From a virus (taxonomy: Duplodnaviria > Caudoviricetes): a stretch of DNA of 31,328 nucleotides. The position numbers and the translations under genes were made by a program. The stretch is from positions 1 through 31,328 of the IMG/VR virus record IMGVR_UViG_3300046314_000310. One strand, 5' to 3'. Below, piece after piece: positions 1 through 9,033 of the stretch. How positions within the stretch are numbered: the stretch's first letter is position 1; each line of letters begins with the position of its first letter. The notes under the pieces are model-generated. The model was not told the DNA's origin. It made no database searches and saw nothing but the letters and a program-made list of their open reading frames with translations.

Positions 1-261
1 TGCTTCAGCAATCTTCCATACGCCGATACGGTCAGTACCGTCTTCAGCCTTGAAAGTCCGAACACTGAAGCGGGACCGATCGCCAGTGCGGCTACGGTAT
101 GCAACCAAAGCAGAGGTCATCTTGCTTTGGGCTTTCTTGCTATCCACAACTTCGGATTCGACCATAGCTGGTCCACCTACGGTGAGGTCACCGAATTTGT
201 ACTTGCTGGAAGCAGTACGAGAAGTCTTAGGGATAGCTACGTTCATGAGTTCGATTGACAT
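1..261 (-). CDS. small putative DNA-binding protein (KYKFGDL..G...R.GVWK type), 3'-truncated by window edge
   Basis: Not in ORF track. ATG at 261 with AAGGA RBS; open frame MSIELMNVAIPKTSRTASSKYKFGDLTVGG...FSVRTFKAEDGTDRIGVWKIAEA runs to base 1. Confidence 0.8.
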   Translation of the reverse strand, partial: MSIELMNVAIPKTSRTASSKYKFGDLTVGGPAMVESEVVDSKKAQSKMTSALVAYRSRTGDRSRFSVRTFKAEDGTDRIGVWKIAEA

Positions 262-370
262 GGTGATTTCCTTAATTAAGGTTTGGTTGGTGAGAACTGA
301 ATTATATAGAGAAAAATTGGTTGGTGCGAGATATTTGCAAAATTATTTAGTCATCTGGTCTTCCCTTCCT

Positions 371-613
371 TTAAGAATTGCCAAACAAGGTGGCTTGTTG
401 TGCAGTGGCAACATCTTCTGTGCGCTGAGTCACTAAGAGAGCCTCGTCTCTAGCTATACAACCTTTGTAGTACTCTATCATCAAGGTTGAATAATGTGCT
501 TGAGCTTCGGCTTGCCTCAAGTGTAGCTGACTTGCTGCTAGGTCGCGTTCAGCTACTTTTAAATAGTTTGGTACGGTAAACCAAAACCACAGGTTCTCAA
601 TAAATTCAATCAT
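371..613 (-). CDS. hypothetical protein (coiled-coil)
   Basis: 80-aa ORF, ATGA-coupled to the upstream gene. Confidence 0.7.
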   Translation of the reverse strand: MIEFIENLWFWFTVPNYLKVAERDLAASQLHLRQAEAQAHYSTLMIEYYKGCIARDEALLVTQRTEDVATAQQATLFGNS

Positions 614-846
614 GTTACTTTTACCTCATAGTTGGAAGTCTCAGTGCGTTGAGACAAGTGAACAAATACTTTATTATCTACGGACATAGCATACTCAAGA
701 ACTCCCGGCCTCATACAAGGTCTTAAGTCTATATCTCTACGTGGTGGGGCCTGTATGGTAGCTTCTGCAGAATCTTCCGGTAAGTGCTTGAGAAGCTCTG
801 CTATGGCCTGCCCATCTGGATGAGGTCCGTATATGCTTATTTTCAC
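610..846 (-). CDS. hypothetical protein
   Basis: Start moved to GTG at 846 (AGAGGA RBS; GTGA overlap with the upstream stop). Confidence 0.65.
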   Translation of the reverse strand: MKISIYGPHPDGQAIAELLKHLPEDSAEATIQAPPRRDIDLRPCMRPGVLEYAMSVDNKVFVHLSQRTETSNYEVKVT

Positions 847-1127
847 AACTCTTCCTCTAGTTGAGTTTCTTTGGTCCTCACGGGCTCTGGTGGCATGACC
901 TCTAGCCAGCACTCAAGGAAGTCAGCCTCTAGCCCTGCACCGTAGTAGGTCGTTAACAAGCTGCTAGAGCAGCAGTGCCACACATTCTCTTGCTCTATAC
1001 CTGCCTTGTTATCGTGCAGGTATTGTGTAACTACTATCTTGCCGAAGTTGGGACTCTGCCCTTCACCATTAGCTGTAGCTCTACCGCCTATGACACGGCA
1101 TCGTTGTCCGGGTTTTGTCGGGGTCAT
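843..1127 (-). CDS. hypothetical phage protein (KPGQRCRVIG, SH3/KOW-like start)
   Basis: 94-aa ORF with GGAGG RBS. Confidence 0.75.
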   Translation of the reverse strand: MTPTKPGQRCRVIGGRATANGEGQSPNFGKIVVTQYLHDNKAGIEQENVWHCCSSSLLTTYYGAGLEADFLECWLEVMPPEPVRTKETQLEEEL

Positions 1128-1135
1128 GTAACCTC

Positions 1136-1327
1136 CTATTGAATTTGTTTCGCCGCCTCCATCATGTGCGGCCCATGCTTAACGTGGTTGGTTATCATTT
1201 CTAGGGCATGGACAAGTGCTGTCTTGCCTACTTGTCCCTCGGCTTCTACATACTCGGCTAAGTTCTCAATATTAAGAACATAGTCGCCTTTGCCTACTGC
1301 TGTGAAAGTGATAATGATCTCTACCAT
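1136..1327 (-). CDS. hypothetical protein
   Basis: 63-aa ORF in the tightly packed minus-strand run. Confidence 0.65.
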   Translation of the reverse strand: MVEIIITFTAVGKGDYVLNIENLAEYVEAEGQVGKTALVHALEMITNHVKHGPHMMEAAKQIQ

Positions 1328-1641
1328 GAGACTTTAGCTATGAACTCTTCAAGAGTTACTTTGCTTAGCTTTCTAGCTGCTCTGTAACTAGCCAAGGAAT
1401 CTTGGTACTCTTCTCTAGCGCCTGCAAGTAGCTCTTGCAGCTCGTTGTAGGCCTGGCGTAGCGCCTCTTCTGGCGTTTTGAAGTACATAGCCATGTCTGA
1501 ATCTAGGCTTGTCCTAATTCTGTGACCTCCCGGCGTAATCAGAATAGCTACGTTAGTCTTAGGGTAAAACTCTATTACCCTAAACTTTTTTAATCTGTGA
1601 TCTTCTACTATGTAAACATTCTCTACTTCGCAGGTAAACAT
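1321..1641 (-). CDS. hypothetical protein
   Basis: 106-aa ORF with AAGGA RBS; beta-rich N-terminus and helical C-terminus. Confidence 0.7.
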   Translation of the reverse strand: MFTCEVENVYIVEDHRLKKFRVIEFYPKTNVAILITPGGHRIRTSLDSDMAMYFKTPEEALRQAYNELQELLAGAREEYQDSLASYRAARKLSKVTLEEFIAKVSW

Positions 1642-1832
1642 ACTCTAATTCCTTTTTCAAAATGCACCAATTGCTTCCAGTCACCTCTATGGCGACCGTG
1701 AATGATGCGATACTCTTTAGTGCTCTTAGCTGCAGCTATAGCTGTCAAACTGCAGTAGTGAGCACTCTTAAACTCACCGCGCTTAGTCGTGACTGCATAC
1801 GGTGCTTCTGTCTTGTAGTTCCTGAATGCCAA
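1623..1832 (-). CDS. hypothetical protein
   Basis: 69-aa ORF with TTG start and AAAGG upstream. Confidence 0.55.
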   Translation of the reverse strand: MAFRNYKTEAPYAVTTKRGEFKSAHYCSLTAIAAAKSTKEYRIIHGRHRGDWKQLVHFEKGIRVCLPAK

Positions 1833-1848
1833 GTTGTTAGCCTTTCTG

Positions 1849-2229
1849 CTACTCTAGTCTCAGTATCTCAAACGTAGTATTGTCCCTGACTGTGCTAATG
1901 TACGTCTTGTTTCCCCACATCCTACTAGCCTCTCCAGTAGCCGCCCGTTGCAAGTCCTTAGCGGTGTCCTTTGAACTACACTTATAAGACCACGACTCGC
2001 CGGGAGACAGGGTTTTCAGGGCTTCAATGTACCCTGTGTAAGTCTGGCTCTTACGAGGCTTTACCACCTTCTTGGGAATAAGTGTACCAGAAACTACACC
2101 GTCCCGACGCAAAGCAAACTCTGTGCCACCTGATGTATGCTCCTTGCCATTGTAAACAATAGCGTAGGTAGCCCCAATAGTGGATAGCAGAAGTGCTGCT
2201 CTGCGAAATGCTGCTTCTTTAACGTCCAT
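1849..2229 (-). CDS. putative DNA-binding protein; C-terminal domain resembles the 1-261 and 9665-9877 products
   Basis: 126 aa, AAGGAG RBS; TLSPGESWSY...TYISTVRDNTTFEILRLE. Confidence 0.75.
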   Translation of the reverse strand: MDVKEAAFRRAALLLSTIGATYAIVYNGKEHTSGGTEFALRRDGVVSGTLIPKKVVKPRKSQTYTGYIEALKTLSPGESWSYKCSSKDTAKDLQRAATGEASRMWGNKTYISTVRDNTTFEILRLE

Positions 2230-2263
2230 TAAGATCTCCTTTAAGCATAGTTAGGTTTAAGCC

Positions 2264-2467
2264 TTATAGGTTCTCTTTTCGCAAGAAGTCTTGGCTTTTA
2301 ATTCGCACTGAGCCGACCACCACATTGTTTTCCGTGTAAAGGATTTTCCACACGCGCTTTGGTCGGGTCTTGTACCCTTCAGCCGCACAGGCTAGCAGAG
2401 TTCTCAATGTAACCCCTATGTCTGGCACCTTGAGTGTACCTGCTTCTGCATCTATAATTACTGACAT
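2264..2467 (-). CDS. hypothetical protein
   Basis: 67-aa ORF with AGGA RBS, abuts the peptidase stop. Confidence 0.65.
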   Translation of the reverse strand: MSVIIDAEAGTLKVPDIGVTLRTLLACAAEGYKTRPKRVWKILYTENNVVVGSVRIKSQDFLRKENL

Positions 2468-2468
2468 T

Positions 2469-3626
2469 TTACATTCCTAACAACATTTGTAATCTTGCTA
2501 CTCGACCACGTTCAGCGTGAAGCTCTACTTGCATCTTCATGATAGCAGTGGTCAACTCATCATCACCTACATACTCTACAAGGTCTTGGTAGGTCATGTT
2601 CTCAAGGTCTATATCTAGTGTGTCTTCTAGCATGGCAGCAGACTTGGGTGGCACATAGACGCCCTTCTCAGATTTCTTGGACTTGGCAGGCTTGAACGGG
2701 TCACCCTTCCAGTCATCGTAAAAGCCCTTGTAGCCGCCGTTGTTGTGCGTCTTAGGGGCAACATAGGCAGGGGCTGGTGTCGGCACGCGCTTAGGCTTGA
2801 TAGAGTCCCAGTCAATGCCGATAGCCACTTTGGTCAGGCTTAACAAGTGGCCCCAATCTTGGTACTCTTGGTTAGAGTGCTGGTTAGAGTAACCTACACC
2901 AATGTTGATACATTCAGGGATAATGTCACGATACACTTTGGAGTCTGTGAAGACACCTCTAGTGCTAATCTCGTACTTCATACCTTCCTTGCTCAAGGCT
3001 GCAGCAAGCTCTCTACCGTACTCAGGTGAAGCACAGGGTGAGCCACCTTGTGTAATGATGACCTCATCGTTGTTTGGTCGGTCGAAAGCAATACAAGCAT
3101 TAAACTTCTTGAGGAACTCAGGGTGCTTAGCTAAAATAGCACGAGCAGATATACCGCCCTTCTCTTCGCCTCGATGGAATACATATGTACCCTTGACCTG
3201 AGCTTGAATCATCTTCAGCAAGATATAGATACCTGCACCGTCATCTGCACCGAGACAAGTAGTAGTCTTATCACCGCAGAAGATATGGCCGAAGGCAGGG
3301 TCGTAGAACACTTTTTGCAGGCTACCGTCACACTCTGTAGCTTGGTGCACAGTATCAAGGTGGCAGGAGAACATAGTCTTACCACCAGTGCCAACCTCTA
3401 CAGAGATAGCTCCCTCTGCTAGTGGTAAAGTCGTAACTTTGAGTTCTTCAAGGTACTTGTACAGCCATGCTACAAAGTTAAGTTCTCCTGTAGAGTTGTG
3501 ACACCTTTTAGTAGCTAGGATAACCTCAATCAGCTTATCCATTTCAGGCGTGTCTGGTGTACCGTCAACGAGGGCTAGTGCTGGGGCAGGTTCTTTGGGT
3601 GTGATTGTCAAAGTAGATATAGTCAT
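2469..3626 (-). CDS. M28/M20-clan zinc peptidase (amidohydrolase)
   Basis: Full metal-ligand set: CHLDTVH, LGADDGAG, GEEKGG, IAFDR, FTDS, GYSNQHSNQE; AAAGGA RBS. Confidence 0.9.
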   Translation of the reverse strand: MTISTLTITPKEPAPALALVDGTPDTPEMDKLIEVILATKRCHNSTGELNFVAWLYKYLEELKVTTLPLAEGAISVEVGTGGKTMFSCHLDTVHQATECDGSLQKVFYDPAFGHIFCGDKTTTCLGADDGAGIYILLKMIQAQVKGTYVFHRGEEKGGISARAILAKHPEFLKKFNACIAFDRPNNDEVIITQGGSPCASPEYGRELAAALSKEGMKYEISTRGVFTDSKVYRDIIPECINIGVGYSNQHSNQEYQDWGHLLSLTKVAIGIDWDSIKPKRVPTPAPAYVAPKTHNNGGYKGFYDDWKGDPFKPAKSKKSEKGVYVPPKSAAMLEDTLDIDLENMTYQDLVEYVGDDELTTAIMKMQVELHAERGRVARLQMLLGM

Positions 3627-3641
3627 GATAATTCCTTTAAG

Positions 3642-5738
3642 TTAAACTACTGACGCTGCTGTTACAGCATGGTAGACTGGAGTGTAAGTAGGCGTGGTAG
3701 TAGAAGTGCCTAACCAACTTGCAGTACCAGTAGATATAAATGTTTCACCTGTTGCATAGCCAGGCAAATTAGTCTCACCAGCCAACACAGCAGAAGGCTG
3801 TGGCAAGTTAGTAGGTACAGGCAATACTGTTGGACCTGCATGTTGGTCATTGTAGTCAATAGCATTTGCCTCTGCTTCACGCAACTGCAGTACATAGTAC
3901 ATCAGCTTAACAGTAATGTCTGAAGACATACCGCTGGTAGGGTCTGACATACCAGCTTCTAACGGGAAGTTATCCTCGCTGTAGGTCTGGACATAGTTGT
4001 TATTTACATAGTTGTTATTTACATAGACGTAGCTGTAATTTTTACGGATCAATCTGTAGATTGATTTACGCAAATCAGGCATAGTCTCATAATCAGCCCG
4101 CAGTAGACTGATACCAAGCTGATTGTTAATGCTAGGTACTTCATCACCTTTAGCTACAAAGAAGGTCATATGACCTACCCGCACAGCAGTAAGGTTACGA
4201 GTGAACTCCCACTGACTCTTGTACGTCTTCTTTACAGCATGGATACTGTTGACTACCTTACGACCAGATATAGTCTTGTGTACCAGTACATCAGGCATTG
4301 CATACAGGTCTTGGCCTCTGTGCAACGAGTGCACTTTGATCCAGCCCTTGCTAACTTCCTGCTGATGCACTGTAGACTTAATAGGTTGACCCTCTTCGCT
4401 CATGCATATGATACTAACAGCATCAACAGCCTTGATAAGCTGACCGTTACGATCCTTCTTAGTACCTGCTGGGAAGGTCTCATAGCACCCAGCAGACAGC
4501 CAACCCTGCTCGTCTGGGTAGTAAACCGCAGACAGTTTAAGCTGACCGTCAAACATACGCTGCTCATCACTGTCAATGCTCTGTGTACCGCGCTCATTGG
4601 TGAACGTAGGTACATCCATAGGTGCAAATACATTTACAAGAGAGCCGCCCTTAGTACGCCTTGCTATAAAATTGCCGTAAGGACCGTCTTCTATAGCATC
4701 TGGATGCGCACTAACTATAGCACCGTTAAGCCAGAACAGCACGGATGCATCTTCCAGACCTATGTTTTTACCTGACAGAGGGCACACGGCATTAACATCA
4801 GACTCCATAATCTCCTTGAGAGCACAGACACCTGAAGTATTAGTAGCACATACAGCACCTGGAGGGCCGAACTTAGCGTGATACTTGCAAGCTAAGTTGT
4901 AGGATATAGCCAACAACTTACCACCTACATAAGCTACATAACTGACAGTAGTAGAACCAGGAGCACCGTTACCGTCAAGGTAAGGCATAACTAAGTTGAT
5001 GGTATCCCTGGCTGGGTCAAGTCGGATAGCCTTAAATTCTGCACCGTGCCATGCGCCAGCTTTGTAACCTGCTCTCACCAGCATCTTCTTGAGTTTAGCG
5101 TCACCGTAAACACGGATAAAACGCTTGTCAGTCTCGGAGGCATCGTACAGCATAGATCGTGCTGTGATATCGCCCTTGTCATTACGCAGCACAGCCATAG
5201 ATATGTTAGGCATATCGTAGACTTCTGAAGGATGGTGACCTTTTGCTAGTGTGTAACCTGCCTCAGCTTTAGACATGCAAGCGCCAGTACCACCTGAGTT
5301 CAGGTATGCTTTTACAATGTCAACACCTCTAAGCACCTCGTAGTTACTATTGAGTTCACCTAGGTGATCTGCAACAATAGCGCCAACCATATCGTCGGGC
5401 ACATGCGGATAATACTTAGCAATGAAGCGACCGAGTGTAGTCTTTAGCTGCTTGTCTGCCTCACCTGATGGCCTATCCGGTGTGTAAGCAATGTACGCTG
5501 GGTCTTCGGTAGATACGTGGATAGCCACGTAGGGCATATGAACATTGATCTTGTCTAAAACCTCAGTAGGTGCTGGGTAAACTTTGTGCTCAATGCGAAG
5601 CAACTCGCGCTGTGCCCACCAAGGTAATGGTATGTTGGCGTTAGTAGGCGAAAATGCACCCGATGCAAACGATGGTGCGGGTAAATGTAGATCATAAAAC
5701 TGCTGCTTGCTGGTTATCTTCTGTGATAACTTTTCCAT
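3642..5738 (-). CDS. large hypothetical protein, enzyme-like (GACMS...ARSMLY...RVYGD...MPYLDG)
   Basis: Start moved to ATG 5738 (AGGAGG RBS); 698 aa; the motif string resembles a recurring uncharacterised phage family (recollection, not searched). Confidence 0.85.
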   Translation of the reverse strand: MEKLSQKITSKQQFYDLHLPAPSFASGAFSPTNANIPLPWWAQRELLRIEHKVYPAPTEVLDKINVHMPYVAIHVSTEDPAYIAYTPDRPSGEADKQLKTTLGRFIAKYYPHVPDDMVGAIVADHLGELNSNYEVLRGVDIVKAYLNSGGTGACMSKAEAGYTLAKGHHPSEVYDMPNISMAVLRNDKGDITARSMLYDASETDKRFIRVYGDAKLKKMLVRAGYKAGAWHGAEFKAIRLDPARDTINLVMPYLDGNGAPGSTTVSYVAYVGGKLLAISYNLACKYHAKFGPPGAVCATNTSGVCALKEIMESDVNAVCPLSGKNIGLEDASVLFWLNGAIVSAHPDAIEDGPYGNFIARRTKGGSLVNVFAPMDVPTFTNERGTQSIDSDEQRMFDGQLKLSAVYYPDEQGWLSAGCYETFPAGTKKDRNGQLIKAVDAVSIICMSEEGQPIKSTVHQQEVSKGWIKVHSLHRGQDLYAMPDVLVHKTISGRKVVNSIHAVKKTYKSQWEFTRNLTAVRVGHMTFFVAKGDEVPSINNQLGISLLRADYETMPDLRKSIYRLIRKNYSYVYVNNNYVNNNYVQTYSEDNFPLEAGMSDPTSGMSSDITVKLMYYVLQLREAEANAIDYNDQHAGPTVLPVPTNLPQPSAVLAGETNLPGYATGETFISTGTASWLGTSTTTPTYTPVYHAVTAASVV

Positions 5739-5751
5739 ATAGCCTCCTATT

Positions 5752-5784
5752 AAAAAACGCATGGCGGGAACACCCCCGCCATGC
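5752..5784 (-). terminator. intrinsic terminator after the H1-like gene
   Basis: 10-bp stem GCATGGCGGG/CCCGCCATGC (5759-5784) followed by GTTTTTT on the minus strand. Confidence 0.8.
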
Positions 5785-5793
5785 TAGTGCTAA

Positions 5794-6510
5794 TTACTTA
5801 GCTGCTTTAGCTTTCATAGTCGCGGGCTTGGCTTTGGCTGCTGGAGCCCTAGCGTTGACCAACGCTAGGGCAGGTGCTTTGCCCTTAGCCGCTGGCTTTG
5901 GGGCCGCTGTGGGCTTGGCTTTGGCCTTGGCGGGTGCCTTGACAGCCTTGGCCTTGTCGGCGGCGACCTTGGCTTTAGCCTTGTCAGCAACGATCTTAGC
6001 CTTAGCTTTATCGGCTGCTACTTTAGCTTTAGCTTTATCGGCTGCTACTTTGGCTTTAGCTTTATCGGCTGCTACTTTGGCTTTAGCCTTGTCAGCGGCG
6101 ATCTTAGCCTTAGATTTAGCGACTGCTGCTTTAGTCTTGCCCGCAGCTACTGTTACTTTAGGCAACTCAGTAGGCTTAGACTTAACTACAGGTGCTGTCA
6201 GTGCTTCTACTGGTGTAGGTGCTGGCAATGCAGCAACTGGTGCTTCTACCGGTGTAGGTGCTGGCAATGCAGCAACTGGCGCTAGGCGACCGTCATCCAA
6301 GGGTAGCTTAGTAATCTTACTACGGATAACACAATACAATGGGTTGTCTTCATTCTCGACAAATACCACAATACGTGGCTTCTTGGGCAAGCCGTGCTCT
6401 ACATGGATAGCATTGAAGATAGTACGCTTAGTCTGCTTACGCTGATAGTGGTCCATCTTACGTGCGGCCAACAGAGTCTGAGCTTGCTTTTCCGAGATTA
6501 ACATTTGCAT
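5794..6510 (-). CDS. histone H1-like Lys/Ala/Pro-rich DNA-binding protein
   Basis: Start moved to ATG 6510 (AAAGGA RBS); globular N-domain, two APVAALPAPTPVE repeats, about six AKAKVAADK repeats, PAAK-rich tail. Confidence 0.85.
   Translation of the reverse strand: MQMLISEKQAQTLLAARKMDHYQRKQTKRTIFNAIHVEHGLPKKPRIVVFVENEDNPLYCVIRSKITKLPLDDGRLAPVAALPAPTPVEAPVAALPAPTPVEALTAPVVKSKPTELPKVTVAAGKTKAAVAKSKAKIAADKAKAKVAADKAKAKVAADKAKAKVAADKAKAKIVADKAKAKVAADKAKAVKAPAKAKAKPTAAPKPAAKGKAPALALVNARAPAAKAKPATMKAKAAK
5945..6110. repeat. 27-bp coding tandem repeat (KAKAKVAAD units)
   Basis: Repeated units such as TTTAGCTTTATCGGCTGCTACTTT(A/G)GC; boundaries approximate. Confidence 0.85.
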
Positions 6511-6641
6511 GATAGTTCCTTTAAGAAGGTGGTTAATACGTCGGTCTATACCATGCTTAATATAGACCAACAGGTGTGCCAGTATTGCGTCACCGGCGGG
6601 ATATGTTAGCACAGAGCAGACTTTGTGCTGATTGATTCTTA

Positions 6642-7034
6642 CTATTGCAGATTGTTCACCATAGCAAGCAACTCCTCTAGGCTTTGGCCCTCTAAGTGCT
6701 CATTCTCTTTCTTGGAGATAAGTGCCAACAGGTTTTGCTTTTTCTCTGCATTAGCTGCAGCAGCATTACGTGTAGCATTTTCTACCAAGCGTGTCTCGAT
6801 GATGTGCTTAGCAATGTCTAGCTTCAACTGCACAGTTTCGTCTGCCTTGGCAGGTGTGTTGACGAATGACACAGTGGCTGTCTCTTTAACTTGATTGAAC
6901 AGGTCTACAGCAATGCTGTCTAAGTTGGGCTTACCGGTCGCTGATGTGAGAGGCAGGTCCCACAAATCTTCTACTGTCAAATCTCCCTTGGTCGTAGTGA
7001 AACGTAACTTCAAACGCGATGCTTTATCGAACAT
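6642..7034 (-). CDS. conserved phage helical protein (LRF...GDLTVEDLWDLPL)
   Basis: 130 aa, AAGGAG RBS; the motif is familiar from diverse phages, function unknown. Confidence 0.85.
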   Translation of the reverse strand: MFDKASRLKLRFTTTKGDLTVEDLWDLPLTSATGKPNLDSIAVDLFNQVKETATVSFVNTPAKADETVQLKLDIAKHIIETRLVENATRNAAAANAEKKQNLLALISKKENEHLEGQSLEELLAMVNNLQ

Positions 7035-7043
7035 AATAGCTCC

Positions 7044-9023
7044 TTAAAATACAATCTTGATAACACGGGTAAAGGCACCCGACACCTTCGCCAGTACACT
7101 ATTGCGCTGTGTACTGGAGAAACCTAAACCACTTAACTGCTGTGTCGCAGGTGCGGTTTGTAACTTACTGCCTACCATTTCTAGGGTCTTACGGTGCTGC
7201 GTAAGGTCTTCTCTCAAAAATTCATTAAAGAAGCCTCTTGCTTGACCCTCATTTGCGCAACCATCTAGCATAAAGAAGTAATGCTTATTTCCAGTCTGCT
7301 CACCGTCCCAATAGTTAGGGCTCATCATCAAGGCGTTGACCTTAGTAAACATGTTGGTATTCAAGCCCCACACTAATTTGGATGCACGGTTTTGCTTGAG
7401 GTCTGTAGTTAATTTGAAGCCTTCAAGGCTTGCTTCAAATTTAGCTACAGTAATTGTGTCACCAGATCGTAGATGCTCAGCATGTACATAATTATACGTC
7501 TGCCCTTGCAACTCAATCTCTACCTCAAAACCTCCGTTAGTAGTGCTACGTCGGCTAAACTGGTTAACCTTTAGTTCAAAGCTACCCTTGGTAGGCAGGT
7601 AAGTGTAGAAGATGTTCTCTACTGGATGCTCCATCATGCCTGAGCCACCATTGGCATCTACGTCTAGTCGGCCACCGTTAGGTGACATGACGTTACGGTT
7701 GCCGTAGTAGATGTTATAGTCAGCTTTGGCGTTGTTAGTTTCATACATCTTTAGGTCAAGGTCATCTGTGTTATACCATGCAAGTCTACAGCACAGATCA
7801 CCCCTAGTATTACCACCAGCAGCCTTAACACGCTCCTTGATGCTGTCAGCTACACCCCCGTTGTAGTCCCATGAGAAGGCATTGCCCCACTTAAACAACG
7901 GGTTAGCAGTTGCATCTGTAGGTGCAATTAAGCTGACTAGGTTAGGTTGATGACTGTTCTCCATCATTACTTCGATAGTCTTAGCACTAGGTAGCACATC
8001 AGTAATGAACTTGTCGATAGACATTTCTTCTACTTTGCCGAATGTCTTGAGAGGTGCTGTAGCGATCAGACTAGCAAACACATCTTTCACCAACGGTGTA
8101 CTACGATCTGCAAACAATACGTTGTTAATCGTAATGTCGTTGATGGTGGCATAGCGGCGCTCCAGTGCTGAAGCAAGTCCTGCTGCATCAATGGTTTGCT
8201 TGGCTTTCTCAATCATAGCTTTAGTGACCAAAGCTGTAGGACGCTTGTAGTTGGTAGGTGCTACCTTGGTTTCAAACATCTTGACAGCATCTTCAAGGTC
8301 TACACCATTAGACAGGTCTGTTACTAGCGTACCGATAACAGTGTTACGGAACCGATGCTTAACATCTAAATTCTTCCAGATGAATGTATCTGTACCGTCA
8401 TACTCTGCCTTCAACCTCATAAACTCTCTGAGTGCTGGCATGTGCTCTGCACCCCGATACAAGCTGTTCTGGTCGATCAACTCCATAACTGCAGCTACTG
8501 ACTCGCTGGTAAGCTCAGTCAGACCGCGTTTCATAACATCGAACGTAGCACGGTGCTCACCCAGTTTAGTCCCAATGTCCTTGGATACATACTGCTCTGG
8601 TATGTTGACAAAAAAGTGTTCCCATTGCTTAACCCCATCAAGAGTGCCTTGAAAGTTCTTGTCTGTGCCTGCTGCTGGCTCTGCACTCAGGAACTTATTT
8701 TCGATAGGATGGGGCCGTACCAGTGCAGCCATAGCGTCTGCTACTACTTGGTAAGCTGGGTCAGGCACGGTAATGTCCCAGATGCTGACTACCTGACCTC
8801 TAATGATTGCTACTGTGTCACCTACTGAGCGAATGAATTGCTTGCAACATGTGCAATCGTGTTCTGTACGTTCTTTGTAAATAGGATTAGTACCCTCGGG
8901 AAACGACGCAAGGTAGGTGGTCCACAGGTCATCCTTGGTGACTGAACTGCGATACAGTCCGTGAGTAACAAGTGTTGCGAACTGCGCAGCAACGGCTGAT
9001 TTGAATACCTTAAAATCTAACAT
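7044..9023 (-). CDS. large conserved phage protein with HDCTCC motif and a C-terminal YfaP/DUF2135-like domain
   Basis: Start moved to ATG 9023 (AAAGGA RBS); 659 aa; EHDCTCCKQFIR; LAWYNTDDLDL...GGRLDVDANGG...PVENIF. Confidence 0.85.
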   Translation of the reverse strand: MLDFKVFKSAVAAQFATLVTHGLYRSSVTKDDLWTTYLASFPEGTNPIYKERTEHDCTCCKQFIRSVGDTVAIIRGQVVSIWDITVPDPAYQVVADAMAALVRPHPIENKFLSAEPAAGTDKNFQGTLDGVKQWEHFFVNIPEQYVSKDIGTKLGEHRATFDVMKRGLTELTSESVAAVMELIDQNSLYRGAEHMPALREFMRLKAEYDGTDTFIWKNLDVKHRFRNTVIGTLVTDLSNGVDLEDAVKMFETKVAPTNYKRPTALVTKAMIEKAKQTIDAAGLASALERRYATINDITINNVLFADRSTPLVKDVFASLIATAPLKTFGKVEEMSIDKFITDVLPSAKTIEVMMENSHQPNLVSLIAPTDATANPLFKWGNAFSWDYNGGVADSIKERVKAAGGNTRGDLCCRLAWYNTDDLDLKMYETNNAKADYNIYYGNRNVMSPNGGRLDVDANGGSGMMEHPVENIFYTYLPTKGSFELKVNQFSRRSTTNGGFEVEIELQGQTYNYVHAEHLRSGDTITVAKFEASLEGFKLTTDLKQNRASKLVWGLNTNMFTKVNALMMSPNYWDGEQTGNKHYFFMLDGCANEGQARGFFNEFLREDLTQHRKTLEMVGSKLQTAPATQQLSGLGFSSTQRNSVLAKVSGAFTRVIKIVF

Positions 9024-9033
9024 AATATTTCCT

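Noticed and set aside
3991-4026. 15-bp tandem duplication (YVNNN x2)
   Set aside because: In-frame slippage within a coding region; no template/variable repeat pair or reverse transcriptase to suggest a diversity-generating retroelement
5654-6445. 263-aa plus-strand Ala/Leu-rich ORF that looks like a membrane protein
   Set aside because: Antisense mirror of the Lys/Ala repeat gene; no RBS; opposes the operon direction
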